This document shows, piece by piece, positions 38,194 through 51,206 of a stretch of 64,000 nucleotides of DNA; the stretch's first letter is position 1, and the number at the start of each line of letters is the position of its first letter. The DNA comes from Octopus sinensis (lineage: Eukaryota). The stretch is from NCBI RefSeq assembly GCF_006345805.1, contig NC_043014.1, positions 51,150,001-51,214,000 of the forward strand, given 5' to 3'. Below the pieces are notes generated by a model, which ran no database searches, was not told the origin of the DNA, and worked only from the letters and a program-made list of their open reading frames with translations. A program made the translations under genes and the position numbers.

Positions 38194-39176
38194 CATATAT
38201 ATATATAATGCTTGGGATATGAAGGGAAAAAATCAATAGTATGAATACATTTGAGTTATGTGTCTAAATCGAATCTCATCGAACTAATAAACGTATTAAC
38301 GTTATTGTCACGTTGGTTTTTGTTGCTGTTATTCATCTTCCAAATGAAACCTACTAAGCTATTCCGTGATTAAAATCTTTGCAATAACAACTGACTTGTC
38401 ATTGTACTCTTACCTTGCAATAAACCATAGCAGTTTTGATGCCAGCTGACTGACATTGCTCTTCCATCTATGATACGAAGATAAGGTAAAGAGATTTCTA
38501 GTGGTTTTCACGTGCTTAACACTTGCCCGATTGATTTTTCTTGTTTCTGGTCGTTCACTTAATATGTATTAAACTGTTATGTATATTCGATTTAAAACAC
38601 TACAGTACTCTATGACCGAATCTACATAAGAATTACCCTTAGAGAGTTCTGTTGCATCTGGGGAGAGTCATTTTCTTTTTTGGCCTTATAATGTAACACA
38701 CTCACCGGTAAAATTTCCACTTATATTTTATCTTTATTTTCTTAAAATTTTCGTTGTGTCTTGCAACCTTTTCAGTAGTTTTGACACAACAGAATATGCT
38801 TCAACACACGAACTAATATAAAGAATCTTTCAAACCAAATCCCATAACGAAATACCCTCAGAGAGTTTTTAGAAGTAACTGGTGTTGTTGGATCCACCTC
38901 TTTCTTTAAATACTGAATTCAAATATGTGTACAAGTCAATGTGATTTCAGAAATGCTATATTTGAATATAAATGGCCATAATAATTGGCTGAGACATATT
39001 TTATCCTTCTTGGAGATTGAACGCTATGCTCTAGAGTAGGAGAAACGAGACTGTGGCGCAGCAAAATGTTGCATTTATTCCTCCTTAAAATCACTCTTTA
39101 CTATCTTAAAAATAGAAATAAATTGATGTGCTTGTAAGGGTTACATATACCTAAACAACAACAGCAGCAGCTAGAA

Positions 39177-39545
39177 GGAGGCGCAATGGCCCAGTGCGTA
39201 TTTATTGAGCGAAAACACCTAAAGCTCCACGAGCCTCCGGCAGGAGTGGTGGCGAACCTGTTGTACTCTTTCGCTCCAACTTTCTCTCACTCTTCCTTTC
39301 TGCTTCTTGTCCCCGACTTCCTACGCAACTGCTGTGCCTGGATGCGCATTCATCCATCCGTCAATGCTCTCGGTGTCGGGGGGTGACTTGCTTCTTCTTC
39401 TGCGACACCGAGAGCATTGACGGATGGATGAATGCGCATCCAGGCATTCGAATAGCAAAGGACCGCGTTTCGGACTTCTCCCACGGGGACGAAGACTGCT
39501 ACGCTCAACAAACAAACAAACAAACAAGCAGCAGCTACAATTACA
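39177..39545 (+). mobile_element. SINE B3 copy with head deletion and a 44-bp inverted duplication
   Basis: The head lacks most of the tRNA region (cccagtg joined to tttattgagcg). Perfect inverted arms at 39335-39378 and 39403-39446. Confidence 0.87.
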
Positions 39546-39984
39546 AAGGCGAAAATACAAAAGTATCAGCTGCGACAGGAATACGTTTAGAAGAAACCTG
39601 TTGCGACTGAACTTGGAAATTTAAGGGGGAGAATAATAATGTACACCGCGCCATTAAATTTAGCATTCGGCTCTTCCTTCGACAACATTCTTCGTTTTAA
39701 ATATCAAATTCTTACATAGGCACAAGGTCATGACTGTTTCCCTGTAAGGGTCCGCGTAATGTCAAATAAACACGTATTTGGTTTGTACCGTTGATCGATT
39801 AACCCACATCGAAACAAATGTAGAAACATTAGAGCCTATAAAACCTCCTTTCAAACCTCTGGAATGCTAGATGTTTGTTTATATTCTATCTTTCCCCTTT
39901 CTTTTGCCGTGAAGACCACTGCTGTAAATATCAACTTTCTCTTCCATCCATAAGCTTAAAAATTTGAACAAAATCAAAATTCCC

Positions 39985-40312
39985 TGCCACAACCATAGAG
40001 TGCCTAGTAATACTATCGGATGGAATGAGGCTGGCTCTGTATAATACGGCCCTTGAGAGATAGAATCCTTCCAGGGAGCACATGGTTGGGTTTCGACAGT
40101 TGCAGGTCAGGTTTGGGGCTGGTGCGGGCGCATTATTATGTCTAATGACGCATACCATATTAGATGCGATGTTGTCTAAGCAGTAGTATCTCACATTGAC
40201 ATTATGGGGGTTGAAGAGTCGGCAATAGTTGTGGCCTCTGTTGAGCGACTGCTTCTTAGTTAAGGACGAGAAACCCCTGGCCAAGTTGATGGGAAATTGT
40301 AAGTTGAGAGAG
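39985..40312 (-). pseudogene. Penelope-like element ORF relic (RT-thumb/linker to start of GIY-YIG), Naiad-like CxCx5C
   Basis: Open minus frame FPINLARGFSSL...RLFNPHNVNVRYYCLDNIASN...TCNCRNPTMCSLEGFYLSRAVLYRASL resembles PLE motifs NIGKKFLxL..KIFNRNTVKVSYSCMPN..CNCR..CPLxGxCL..VVYKA. CNCRNPTMC is at 40078-40104. Confidence 0.75.
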
Positions 40313-40510
40313 GGGTTATATATATAGGTATGTGTGTGTGCGGTGCGTGTGTGTGTGTATGTATGCATGTGTGTGTGAATGTGTATGTATGCATATAAAT
40401 ATAATTATGAACATATATATATAACTATATATAAACCTATATGTATCTAACGCTAAACACCTTCCACGCTGCAATTGTTATCTATATTAAAATTTATATT
40501 ATATGCATAA

Positions 40511-40514
<4 letters not shown>

Positions 40515-40573
<59 letters not shown>

Positions 40574-40589
40574 ATCAATCAATCAAACA

Positions 40590-40646
<57 letters not shown>

Positions 40647-40653
40647 TAGATAT

Positions 40654-40733
<80 letters not shown>

Positions 40734-40735
40734 CT
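40515..40735. repeat. (TA)n-(GA)n-(GATA)n microsatellite
   Basis: Direct reading. Confidence 0.95.
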
Positions 40736-41904
40736 ATAGATATATTTACACATTTATAGCATATATTTGTATGCAAATAAATATAAACGTGGATGTGTAT
40801 CTACGTATCTACGTGAATCGGTGTGTGTGTATGTCAGCGTGTCAGCACGAAACGTGAACAAAAATAATAGATGCAGCAAGAAGTAGCTTCTTAGTGTTAT
40901 TCCTTGGAATGACAGAACTGAGAATTAGTTTTGACATTTATTCTTAAAACTCGCCAAAGCCTAAACTTTTTAACGTCTGTCTTTTAGATTGTTTATTGAC
41001 TTCACAGAAATTTCGAATGCCGCTGGAATTCACACACACACACACACACAGACACACATACACACACATTTTCATATAGATAGGTAGGAGTATGTGTATG
41101 TGTGTGCACTTACCTACCTATATACACACATACATATATATATACTGCCATATATATGTTTATATCTATATATACATACTCTCATATATATATATTATAT
41201 ATATATATTATATATATATATATGAATGTATACTGTTACATATAGTAGATATATGTTATATATACTGATAATATACTAATATACTTATACTTTTTATATA
41301 GACACTTACACACATATACTATATATAAATACTCTTCTGGTATATATACTTAAATATATTATATATAGCAAATCATATGCATATACATATAAATATATAT
41401 ATTTTTCTGTGTGTATATGTATATATATATATGTATATTCATGTATATCAAACATACGGAATCTTATATGTCTCGGAATTTATTTAAAGAAATTAGAACA
41501 CCTGAAATGTCGATTACTGATATGTATCGGATTAGAGATATCTTACTTTAATTCATACAGTCTGTTACCAATAAACGTATACAATAACCTAGATTATGCT
41601 TGTAAAGTACTTTTGAGCACTAAAAATATGCACTATTTTGCAAAATGCTCACGATACAGTCTTTAATATATGCCACAACTATGGCGACAAGCTGGCAGAA
41701 TCATTAGCACACGGGGTAAAATATTTGGCTAAATTTCGGCCGTCTTAACAATCGGAGTTCAAATTCAGCTGATACTAATATTTCCTAAAGCTAGATAGTT
41801 TTTCAATCGTTCTCATATGCCGAACCGCAATGTTACGTACACGTAAACACATCAACATAGGTTGTCAGGCTGTGGTGGGGCAAAACACTGACAGAGACAG
41901 ATAT

Positions 41905-42025
41905 ATAGACATATAGATAGATAGATAGACAGAAAGAAAGATAGACAGATATAAATATATATATAAAGATAGATAGATAGATAGATATATAGACAAATAG
42001 ACAGATAGATAAATAAATAGATAGA

Positions 42026-42065
<40 letters not shown>

Positions 42066-42124
42066 AAGATAGATAGATAGATATAGATTGATAGATAGAC
42101 ATATAGATAGACAGACAGACAGAC

Positions 42125-42189
<65 letters not shown>

Positions 42190-42230
42190 TCTTTTTATGG
42201 TGGCCACACAGGGCTAGACAGAAGAAAGAT

Positions 42231-42307
<77 letters not shown>

Positions 42308-42330
42308 TATAGATAAAAAGATAGAGAGAT
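41905..42330. repeat. (GATA)n/(GACA)n microsatellite block
   Basis: Direct reading. Confidence 0.93.
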
Positions 42331-43182
42331 ATGTTGCTTCGAGGCAATTCACTTTATTAGAATATCGGGTCCTCTAGAAGGAAGCAATCCAGTTCTTAGT
42401 GAGACTATCCGTGTGCAGGAAGAAAAAGCAAACTTGATTTTAATGGCGTGAAGTCGAATAGTAAATAATAAGAAACCAACCCATCTACTGGTATTTTGAG
42501 TGCAACTAATACGTCTGTGTGAGTGTGTGCGTGCGTGCGTGTGTGTGTGTGTATTTGGTGGTAACAACAGACGGTTGAATATATTGATGTAATGTGGACA
42601 AATTTAGTAGAGAGTAGTTTACGTAGGTGGGTCAGCAGATCGTATTCTGGCATTTATTCATTGTAGTCAGATCATCGGCCGTATGAATCGATTAAACAAT
42701 GGCGATTCTGTATAGTATCCTTCGGTTTGGCCTCATCTAAGCACAAACACACACACACGCATACACACACACGCACATACACACACACACACACACACAC
42801 AAGCACACATACATATACACGCACACAGACACTCACGCTCACATACACACACTAGCGAAACTGGTGCTATCTAATACCCTTGTTTATATATTTTTCTATT
42901 AGTTCTTTTGCTAATTAGCCAGCAAATATGATGATGATGATGATGCTGGGTCTGTTAGATTATTATTGTGGGGCCCCAGCATACTATTTCCTTCCAGGAC
43001 CACCCCAAAACCGTACATGGGCTTTCAGGGATCATATAGACCCCACCGGTTGAGAACTATTGGCTTAGGTTATCGGTGAACTAAATCCCTCATATCTTAT
43101 ATATATATAGATATATATATTAATATATATATATATATACTATATATATATATATATATATTTGTGTGTGTGCGTGTGTGTG

Positions 43183-43268
<86 letters not shown>

Positions 43269-44232
43269 AACACACATATTCACTCTTTAGAATTGGTCAG
43301 ATTTTTATTGTGTACATTATTAAATAATATATAAATAGGTGTTCTTTGTATTTAATAGTATTAAACTCATAAGAATTGAATATACATCTCAATATCTATG
43401 TATGTATATCGTATTGGTACATATGAATATATATATATACATATATATAATTGTGCATACACATATGAAAATATAACTCTATACATAAATACATACATAT
43501 GCATTAATGTATGCGTCTGCATGTGTTTCTGTTTGTGTGTGTGTGTGTATGTGTAGAAGATGTAATAAAAATGTATTCAGATATTTTCAGAAGATGAAAT
43601 AATGAATGTTCAATGTCAACGATGTTGGGTATATAGAAATGGCGGTGCGGCGGTACTTGAATTGTCCTATTGGGGATAGTGTTATATCTATCAATATTGT
43701 GAGACTCTATATATTTTAATTCTTTTTTTCAACGCTGATCTTCAATACCTACCGGCAATAGAATATCTTATTATGTCTCTTATTCTTGTTATTGTTATTA
43801 TTTATTAATTATAATCATTGCTTTCTTAAGTTTATTTTTCCTTCACTGAGTTTTCATTAATTCAGTTCTATTCAACTGAGAATCTTTTGTGTGTTCTCAT
43901 CTTTAGTTATTTGTCCTCTTCGCCTCCACTCCCGCCACACCTCACTCTTTGTCTACTCGGCTTCCATTTTCTTGATTAATATTATGTTTCACTTGTAACT
44001 ACAACTGTTTAAACAGAGGTGGAAAAAATCATAATATAAATTTCTTAATTTAACATTTTGCTTTTAATTTTTTTTTTAGTTTTTGCTACTGATTCGCTCT
44101 AAATACAGAATGACTGTTGTCAAAAGGAACACCTACCTGAAGACGATTTCATGCCATCACGTCCAAGCTCAACGCTTTCGGTGCGCTGTGTCATCTCTCT
44201 GATCTATTTTAACCACTATAATGGCCACTACC

Positions 44233-44463
44233 TATTTCTTTATTACCCACAAGGGGCTAAACACAGAGGGGAAAAACAAGGACAGACATAGGTATTAAGT
44301 CGATTACATCGGCCCCAGTGCGTAACTGGTACTTAATTTATCGACCCCGACAGGATGAAAGGCAAAGTCGACCTGGGCGGAATTTGAACTCACAACGTAA
44401 CGCAGACGAAATACCGCTAAGCATTTCGCCCGGCGTGCTAACGTTTCTGCCAGCTCGCCGCTT
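44233..44463 (-). mobile_element. SINE family C monomer with 16-bp TSD
   Basis: TSD tataatggccactacc at 44217-44232 and 44464-44479. One head and one body. Confidence 0.93.
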
Positions 44464-44499
44464 TATAATGGCCACTACCGTTTCCATCTACCATATCAA

Positions 44500-44612
44500 C
44501 TCATAAGGATTTGGCCGCCCTAAGACTATAGTAGAAGACGCCTGCCGAAGGTACCACGCAGTAGGACTGAACCCAAAACCATGTGGTTGATAAGCATACT
44601 ACTTGCCACACA
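44500..44612 (-). mobile_element. SINE family A head fragment, diverged
   Basis: gactatagtagaagac...cacgcagtaggactgaaccc...catgtggttg...ctacttgccacaca. Confidence 0.75.
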
Positions 44613-45347
44613 ATAATTGAGCATATGAATCATGAAAAACACTTCACGTAATATGGCACCACAACCTGCATCACTAAATTGAATCCACGTTAAGAAAGGA
44701 TACAGTGCGATTGGATGTTGATACGTTTGATATTTTCTGCACGTAAAACGACCCCTTACATTTTCAATCATTTGCTCAGGTAAACCAGTTTTTATTTCTC
44801 ACTTTCGCTATTTCTTTTCAAAAACAATTTTAACAGACGTTACTTCAACACATTTGAAATTGCATTATTTTTCCCACTTACATTTATTCACAAATGTATG
44901 CTGTTCTTCCATCTGTTTTCCAAAAACGCTCTATGAGTTTGATATCAGAAATTTCGTGTTGAAATATTCACATAACACGAGATATAAATTGATTTGTCGT
45001 GAACAAGACAAAATACCAATTTTAGCTAAATTTGTGCGGCAGAAACCTGAATGTGACAGAATAAATGCTTAGCAACACTCAGGCACAGGAAATTTGCATA
45101 TTGTGTTGACATTTCAACGTAGCAGACGTTTTGTTTTAATCAATTTATGATCGATAAAATGACATCCAATAATGGAAATGTTCGATTAAAACGACTATAA
45201 ACTTCCTGAAAAATCTTTAGAATTATATACTCGTTCCAACTATACGAGCTCCGTTTTATGTAAGAATTATATATATATACACACAATCACATTCACAAAG
45301 ACATAAAGAATGAGCGCATTCATATGGCTGGATTTATACACACCACC

Positions 45348-45384
<37 letters not shown>

Positions 45385-45424
45385 GTATATATATAAGTAT
45401 ATATATATATATATTATATATATT

Positions 45425-45461
<37 letters not shown>

Positions 45462-45479
45462 TTATTTATATATATGCTA

Positions 45480-45657
45480 GACACTGAAATCAATGTTCTT
45501 TTTATTATTCTCTCTCTATTTTTTTTTTCCTTTCTGACGAAGAGCGTAGGCTCGAAACGTAAGAGACTCCTCCGTTTTTCCCGAGTCTCAAACTAATACA
45601 CTTGGTTGTTATTCCTAAACCTGTCCTCGTCTTTGCTTTTCGTATAAATCTGAACTA
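45480..45657 (+). mobile_element. PLE-like repeat family D copy running into (TA)n
   Basis: Reverse complement of the family at 61030 and 61313 (actaataca...cctgtcctcgtctttg). Confidence 0.75.
45530..45565 (+). ncRNA. Minimal type I hammerhead with intact core
   Basis: CUUU-CUGACGA-A-GAGC GUAG GCUC-GAAAC-GUA^AGAG. Extra A between A9 and G10.1; stem III is reduced to the ACGU palindrome. Confidence 0.75.
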
Positions 45658-45702
45658 CATATATATATATATTATATATATATATATCTAATATATATAT
45701 AT

Positions 45703-45751
<49 letters not shown>

Positions 45752-45781
45752 TACATATATACATACATATATATATATATA

Positions 45782-45812
<31 letters not shown>

Positions 45813-46875
45813 CTCTCATTCGAAGGTGGAACATTGCTATTGAGAGAAACGGTGACGATATTGAGAAGTAGGGGTGGGATCTATAGAGGACCAGCTTAAT
45901 TTTGATGTATGATACATATTCTTGTGTTGGTAATTAAACCTGTTCGAATCAAAATGCCATTATTTCTTGACTCACCTTCGTATCATAAACCATGCTGAGC
46001 ATCAGAAATCTTCGTACTGAAGCGAATTGTTTTTCATGCGTAACATAGATTGACGGCTAGATAATCCGGCTAAAATCTAAAAGCATCTATAAGAGTAGGA
46101 GAGTTAATTCAAACTGTGTAACTGTACGGTGTAAAAATTTCAGATAACAAAAATTTTGTTTTTCTGAAAGAAAACTAGGAATAGAATCGAACAAGTTCTA
46201 GCAAATTTAATCCTCGTCAGCGAAAGATATTTTACTCAGCTCACACCACTAAGTTTGATCAACGTATATATACACATAAAACCGTATGAGATGTGGTGAC
46301 CCTACTTGTGACGATCTGTAATATGGATGTGATACATTAGAAAACAAGGGTTGTTAAAAATTGAATATAACATGTAAAATAAATTTGATATGAAAGGATG
46401 CTCCCTACGTTATGCAGTGAGTTGAGAAACATATATAAGGTGAGAATAAATATTTAGCTTCCTTCCTGAATACCTATGAAATTTTGTAAAATCTAATATA
46501 TCTCTTGAAATGCAGTCTTTTCTTGGGAATGAAATTATTTTATATAAATAGAACAAATAAAAAGAAAATCATATTTATATACACATGTCTTGCTATTGAA
46601 ATTAAACATTTTGATTTAATTAACTAGATGTTATAGAAATGATTTTGCGAATTTCTGGAAATCTATTTAACAGTGAGTATATATATAAAGTGTGTGAATA
46701 ACATGCGCACAAATATAGGATCGAAGAAAAGTTCAAACATACAAGCATATATATACGTTCGGTGATATAAGGTTTGATGGGAAAAAATGATTTACCTCAA
46801 TATACACTGAATGCATGTACGTGGATATATTCATATATAATCTAGCTTTGTATGTGTATGTATAGACATATATAT

Positions 46876-46931
<56 letters not shown>

Positions 46932-46995
46932 ACTCCTATACACGAATCTGTGTCCATGTATATGTATACATATATATATATACAATATATATATA

Positions 46996-47040
<45 letters not shown>

Positions 47041-47133
47041 TGTATGTATATATGTTCATATAAATGCATTATATGCTCATAAATTCATGCATAAGGATAT
47101 TATATGTGTGCCACATATATAAATACAGTACGT

Positions 47134-47188
<55 letters not shown>

Positions 47189-48100
47189 CATATATACATA
47201 CCTATCTACCTAGCAATCTATATACAGATGGATAGATTTGTATGTATACATGTAGATGAATCTATTAATGTACTACTACATATACATACATAGCATACAT
47301 ACATATATGCATACATACATACAAGCATACATACATACAAATAATTACATGCATACACACACGGAGACATACACACATACGCGCGCATATGTATTTATAC
47401 ATCAAACACTTCTCCATGTGCTACCACTTATGTTGGAAGCCCACTTCATCTTATGTATATAAACAAGATATCGTAAAATGATACATGAACGCTATTCACT
47501 GCAAGATTTGATTGCATTTTAAAGAAAATATAAATACAAACGTATAGAATAAACACATAAAATACAGAAAATAATTCTTCATATATATTCGTACGTTCCC
47601 ATATTCTCTATTGTGTTCTTCATTTGCAAGGCGTAATCTCTTAAAAAATATTTTGGGATGTATAGGAATAGATTTTATTGAAACAACAATTTTCTTGACA
47701 AAATGGGGTTTCTGAAGCGCATGCTCATCAGAAACTGCTTCGTACGTGCAAAATGGTGTGTCGGAAAAACAGGAGAGGGGAAATGTATATTCGACGTTTA
47801 TTGAAAATAAACGGCAGATTCTAAATGCATGTGGAATTCTTAAACTGAGAAAGAGTTTCTATGAATACTACGTACGCACAAAAATACACACTTACACACA
47901 AACGTATACACGCATACATATATACATATATACATACGTGCATATACATATATATTTATAATATTCTATTAATAAATATATACACAACACGGCAGCTTGC
48001 GCAATTGTTTCTACAGTAGCCCTCTGCCGGCCAAAATTATAAGGATAAACATTGTACAAGAAAACTGTGTGAAAGCCGGCAATGTGCTTATGAGAGCTTG

Positions 48101-48209
<109 letters not shown>

Positions 48210-48747
48210 GAATATATGTATGTATGTATATATATATATAGTATTTTACTGAAGATTTCATTTCAGAATCTGTAACACCAGGTGTCATGTACCGGCTCAT
48301 CAGTGTCTGGATTTCGGCAACATTAATATCCGAGTAACACTTCCTGAATGTTTTTGATATACAATACAAAACTAAATCGTCAATACTTTAAGTACAGACT
48401 CCTTGCAATACCTCTTAGTGGCCTACACCGAGACGAATTGAACAGATGTGAACAGATCTGACTAATCATCCAAAAAGTCGAACGCAATCCTTGATTTCTG
48501 TTTCAGTTTTCTGGACGATTGATTTGATCTTAACATCGATATATTATGAAGGATAATATGGTTATAATAAGGCGTATCTTTAGTTTGTTTTAGTTTTTGC
48601 TATTTTTTGTGCACCAAGAGGATTGCAACTGAAATTTATTCAGATTATTCACACTGAACCAAACGGCATTAGATCCAGGTGTGGATCAAGAACGAAAGGC
48701 TCAGGTGCTCACTCTGGGGATGATAGACAAAAAGAGTGATGTCATTT

Positions 48748-49163
48748 AATGTCTTTACTACCCACATAGGGCTAAACATATAGTGGACAAACAAGGACAG
48801 ACGAACGGGTTAAGTCGATTACATCGACCCCAGTGCGTAACTGGTACTTATTTAATCGACCCCGAAAGGATGAAAGGCAAAGTCGACCTCGGCGGAATTT
48901 GAACCCAGAACGTAGCGGCAGAAGAAATACCTATTTCTTTACTACCCACAGGGGGCTAAACACAGAGGGGACAAACAAGGACAGACACACGGATTAAGCC
49001 GATTACCTCGACCCCAGTGCCTAACTGGTACTTATTTAATCGACCCCCAAAGGATGAAAGGCAAAGTCGACCTCGGCGGAATTTGAACTCAGAACGTAGA
49101 AGCAGACGAAATACCGTTAAGAATTTCGCCCGGCTTGCTAACGTTTCTGCCAGCTCCCCACCT
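48748..49163 (-). mobile_element. SINE family C dimer (one head, two 184-bp bodies) with 16-bp TSD
   Basis: TSD aagagtgatgtcattt at 48732-48747 and 49164-49179. tttactaccca recurs at 48754 and 48938. Confidence 0.93.
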
Positions 49164-49959
49164 AAGAGTGATGTCATTTGCTTCTGAAAAAGCCCTGTGG
49201 AGGAGGTATCTAATATATTCTATCCCTATGACCCTCCCAGGAATAAAGGGCCGGGAAGATGTATGGATTGATTGATTGAATGATATTGAGCCTGTGTGAG
49301 CAACTTGAAAACAGTTTGAGGTTTGATGCATAGCAAAGCCTAAATGAAGACACGTTTGATGTCCTCAAAATATATGCGATATATTTTCTAAATGTTACTG
49401 ACCTGTATATTTCATCCCATGCAATACCAGTATTTTTTCTCTTGTATCTCCTGACGAAGGAATTGCGCAGTTCTACATGCCTCGACATTGAAACTAATTA
49501 ATCTAGTCTTGCGCAATTCAATGTTGGGTGAATCCTCTAGATGGTGTAGCAGTAATATTTGCGGATATATCAACAGTGAATCCATTGTGATATTTTTCCC
49601 GATAGGTATTTCCTCTTAAAGGTTTATTGTGCTTTGGTGAAATTTAGCGATTCCTTTCGCTTTTCCTGTGTTTGCAACGAGTAAATATATTTGCATTGTG
49701 ATCAGTAATGCGACATTAAATGTTTGTCATGAAGAGACAGCCTCTCTTTATGTTAATTTCTATAAAATAGCCTGTAGAATTTATGGCCTTTCAGGAAAAA
49801 TATTTTCTGATACAACGAGGAGAAAGGTTATGCAACGCTTGTACTTAAATCAATATTGTTTACGAGAACATAACATATTTTGCCACATAATTTTTTGAAG
49901 ATAGCTCTATACGGAAGTAGGTGAGAAGTTAATTCATTTCTAATGTTCGCTACGGCATG

Positions 49960-50065
49960 GTGTAATGGTTACATTGTTAGGTTCACTACCATAAGAACGG
50001 TGGTTCGATTTCACAATAGAGCGTCACGTTTTGTTCTTGGACAAGGCATTTTTCCCCACAAATTT
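49960..50065 (+). mobile_element. Old tRNA-derived SINE head (CORE-like)
   Basis: A box tggtgtaatgg, B box ggttcgatttc, followed by cttggacaaggcatt. Confidence 0.5.
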
Positions 50066-50684
50066 CCTCTCTACGCAGTTGAAATTGAATGTCAGCTGAA
50101 TGTTAAAGCAGATCCCCTTTCTTTGTCTCTCAGCTATATTCTAGATCTTATTTTCAGTCAGTTCAGAGGGGGCCGCAGAGCGACTCTCTTTGCGATATGT
50201 GTGTCGAAAAACTTAATAGTAGCAACACATACTACTAGAACCTACTCTCTTGCGAATGCAGGCTTTACTTTTATGATTTCAATGCAGAATTATGACATTA
50301 ACTCTCCGCATCCTTATTAATGTTGACTCGGACGATATAATTGATATTTTCTCCATGGTTATAGAAACAAGTTATGTGAATTTCGAGTGTAGCCAATGGA
50401 TTAAGTCTGTAAACGGTGACGTTCAAGATGACGATCAGTTCGAAAATGTTGTTCCGTTATCATCATTGGTTAAATTGCATTTTTTAAACGATTATGTAAT
50501 TATTTCGTGTAAGGCTTCGATTTTGATCATCCGTGCTATTGGATGTAATCAATCTTATTGAGTATTTGTCCACGTACACATACACACACACACACGCATA
50601 ATTCGAATTTACAGAAAACAAAAGAAGATATATGAAGGCACAACAAGCAGGTGTGATAGTTTAAAGATTGAGAAGATGGAAAAG

Positions 50685-50721
50685 TTTTTGACGTTTGGAG
50701 CCTAAGCCCTTCGTCAGAATG
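50685..50721 (-). ncRNA. Family D-related minimal hammerhead, G12C mutant
   Basis: Minus strand: CUGACGA-A-GGGC UUAG GCUC-CAAAC-GUC. Confidence 0.55.
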
Positions 50722-50836
50722 CATTTAGAGGCAAAGACAGAAAAAGAAAACGGAGAGAGGAAAATTGTGTCGGCGTTAAAGGCTGAAAATGATGAAATGG
50801 CCTGAGTGCGCATGTAGGTATTCAGGTAGTAAGAGG

Positions 50837-50875
<39 letters not shown>

Positions 50876-51009
50876 GTTGATACATGCATGTTTACGTGCC
50901 TCTCTACATATGTAGGTGGGTTGTGTGTAAAGGTATACATGTGTGTATGTATATACATACAAACATACTTCCATGCACACGCAGTAACACACATACACGC
51001 ACACACCCC

Positions 51010-51206
51010 TTTGATTTCCTTTTCCTCTACTTAACTTGTCTCTTCCTCTCTCTCATTCTTCACTCTCTCTCTCCCCTCTTCATTCTTCATGGTTTCCTCG
51101 CAGCCATTCCCCTTCTTCTCTCCCTTTCTCTTGCTCCTCCTCCCCCTCCCGTCATTGATCCGCGACGAGACTTCCGCTGCTGTCTTTCTGGCCTGGTCCT
51201 CTCAAG
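51010..51206 (+). promoter_or_regulatory. Candidate first (5' UTR) exon / promoter-like segment
   Basis: A CT-rich tract and local CpG enrichment end at donor AAG|GTATGG (51206/51207). A matching acceptor ttttcgcag|G at 51419/51420 would define a 213-nt intron. Confidence 0.3.

Noticed and set aside
47693-47737. Minus-strand CTGATGA-GCATGCGCTTCA-GAAAC...GTC
   Set aside because: Stem II is misregistered and stems I and III are only 2-3 bp. It may be an old relic but is not supportable.
49445-49515. CTGACGA...GAAAC...GTC hammerhead candidate
   Set aside because: Stem II does not close next to GAAA and stem I does not pair.
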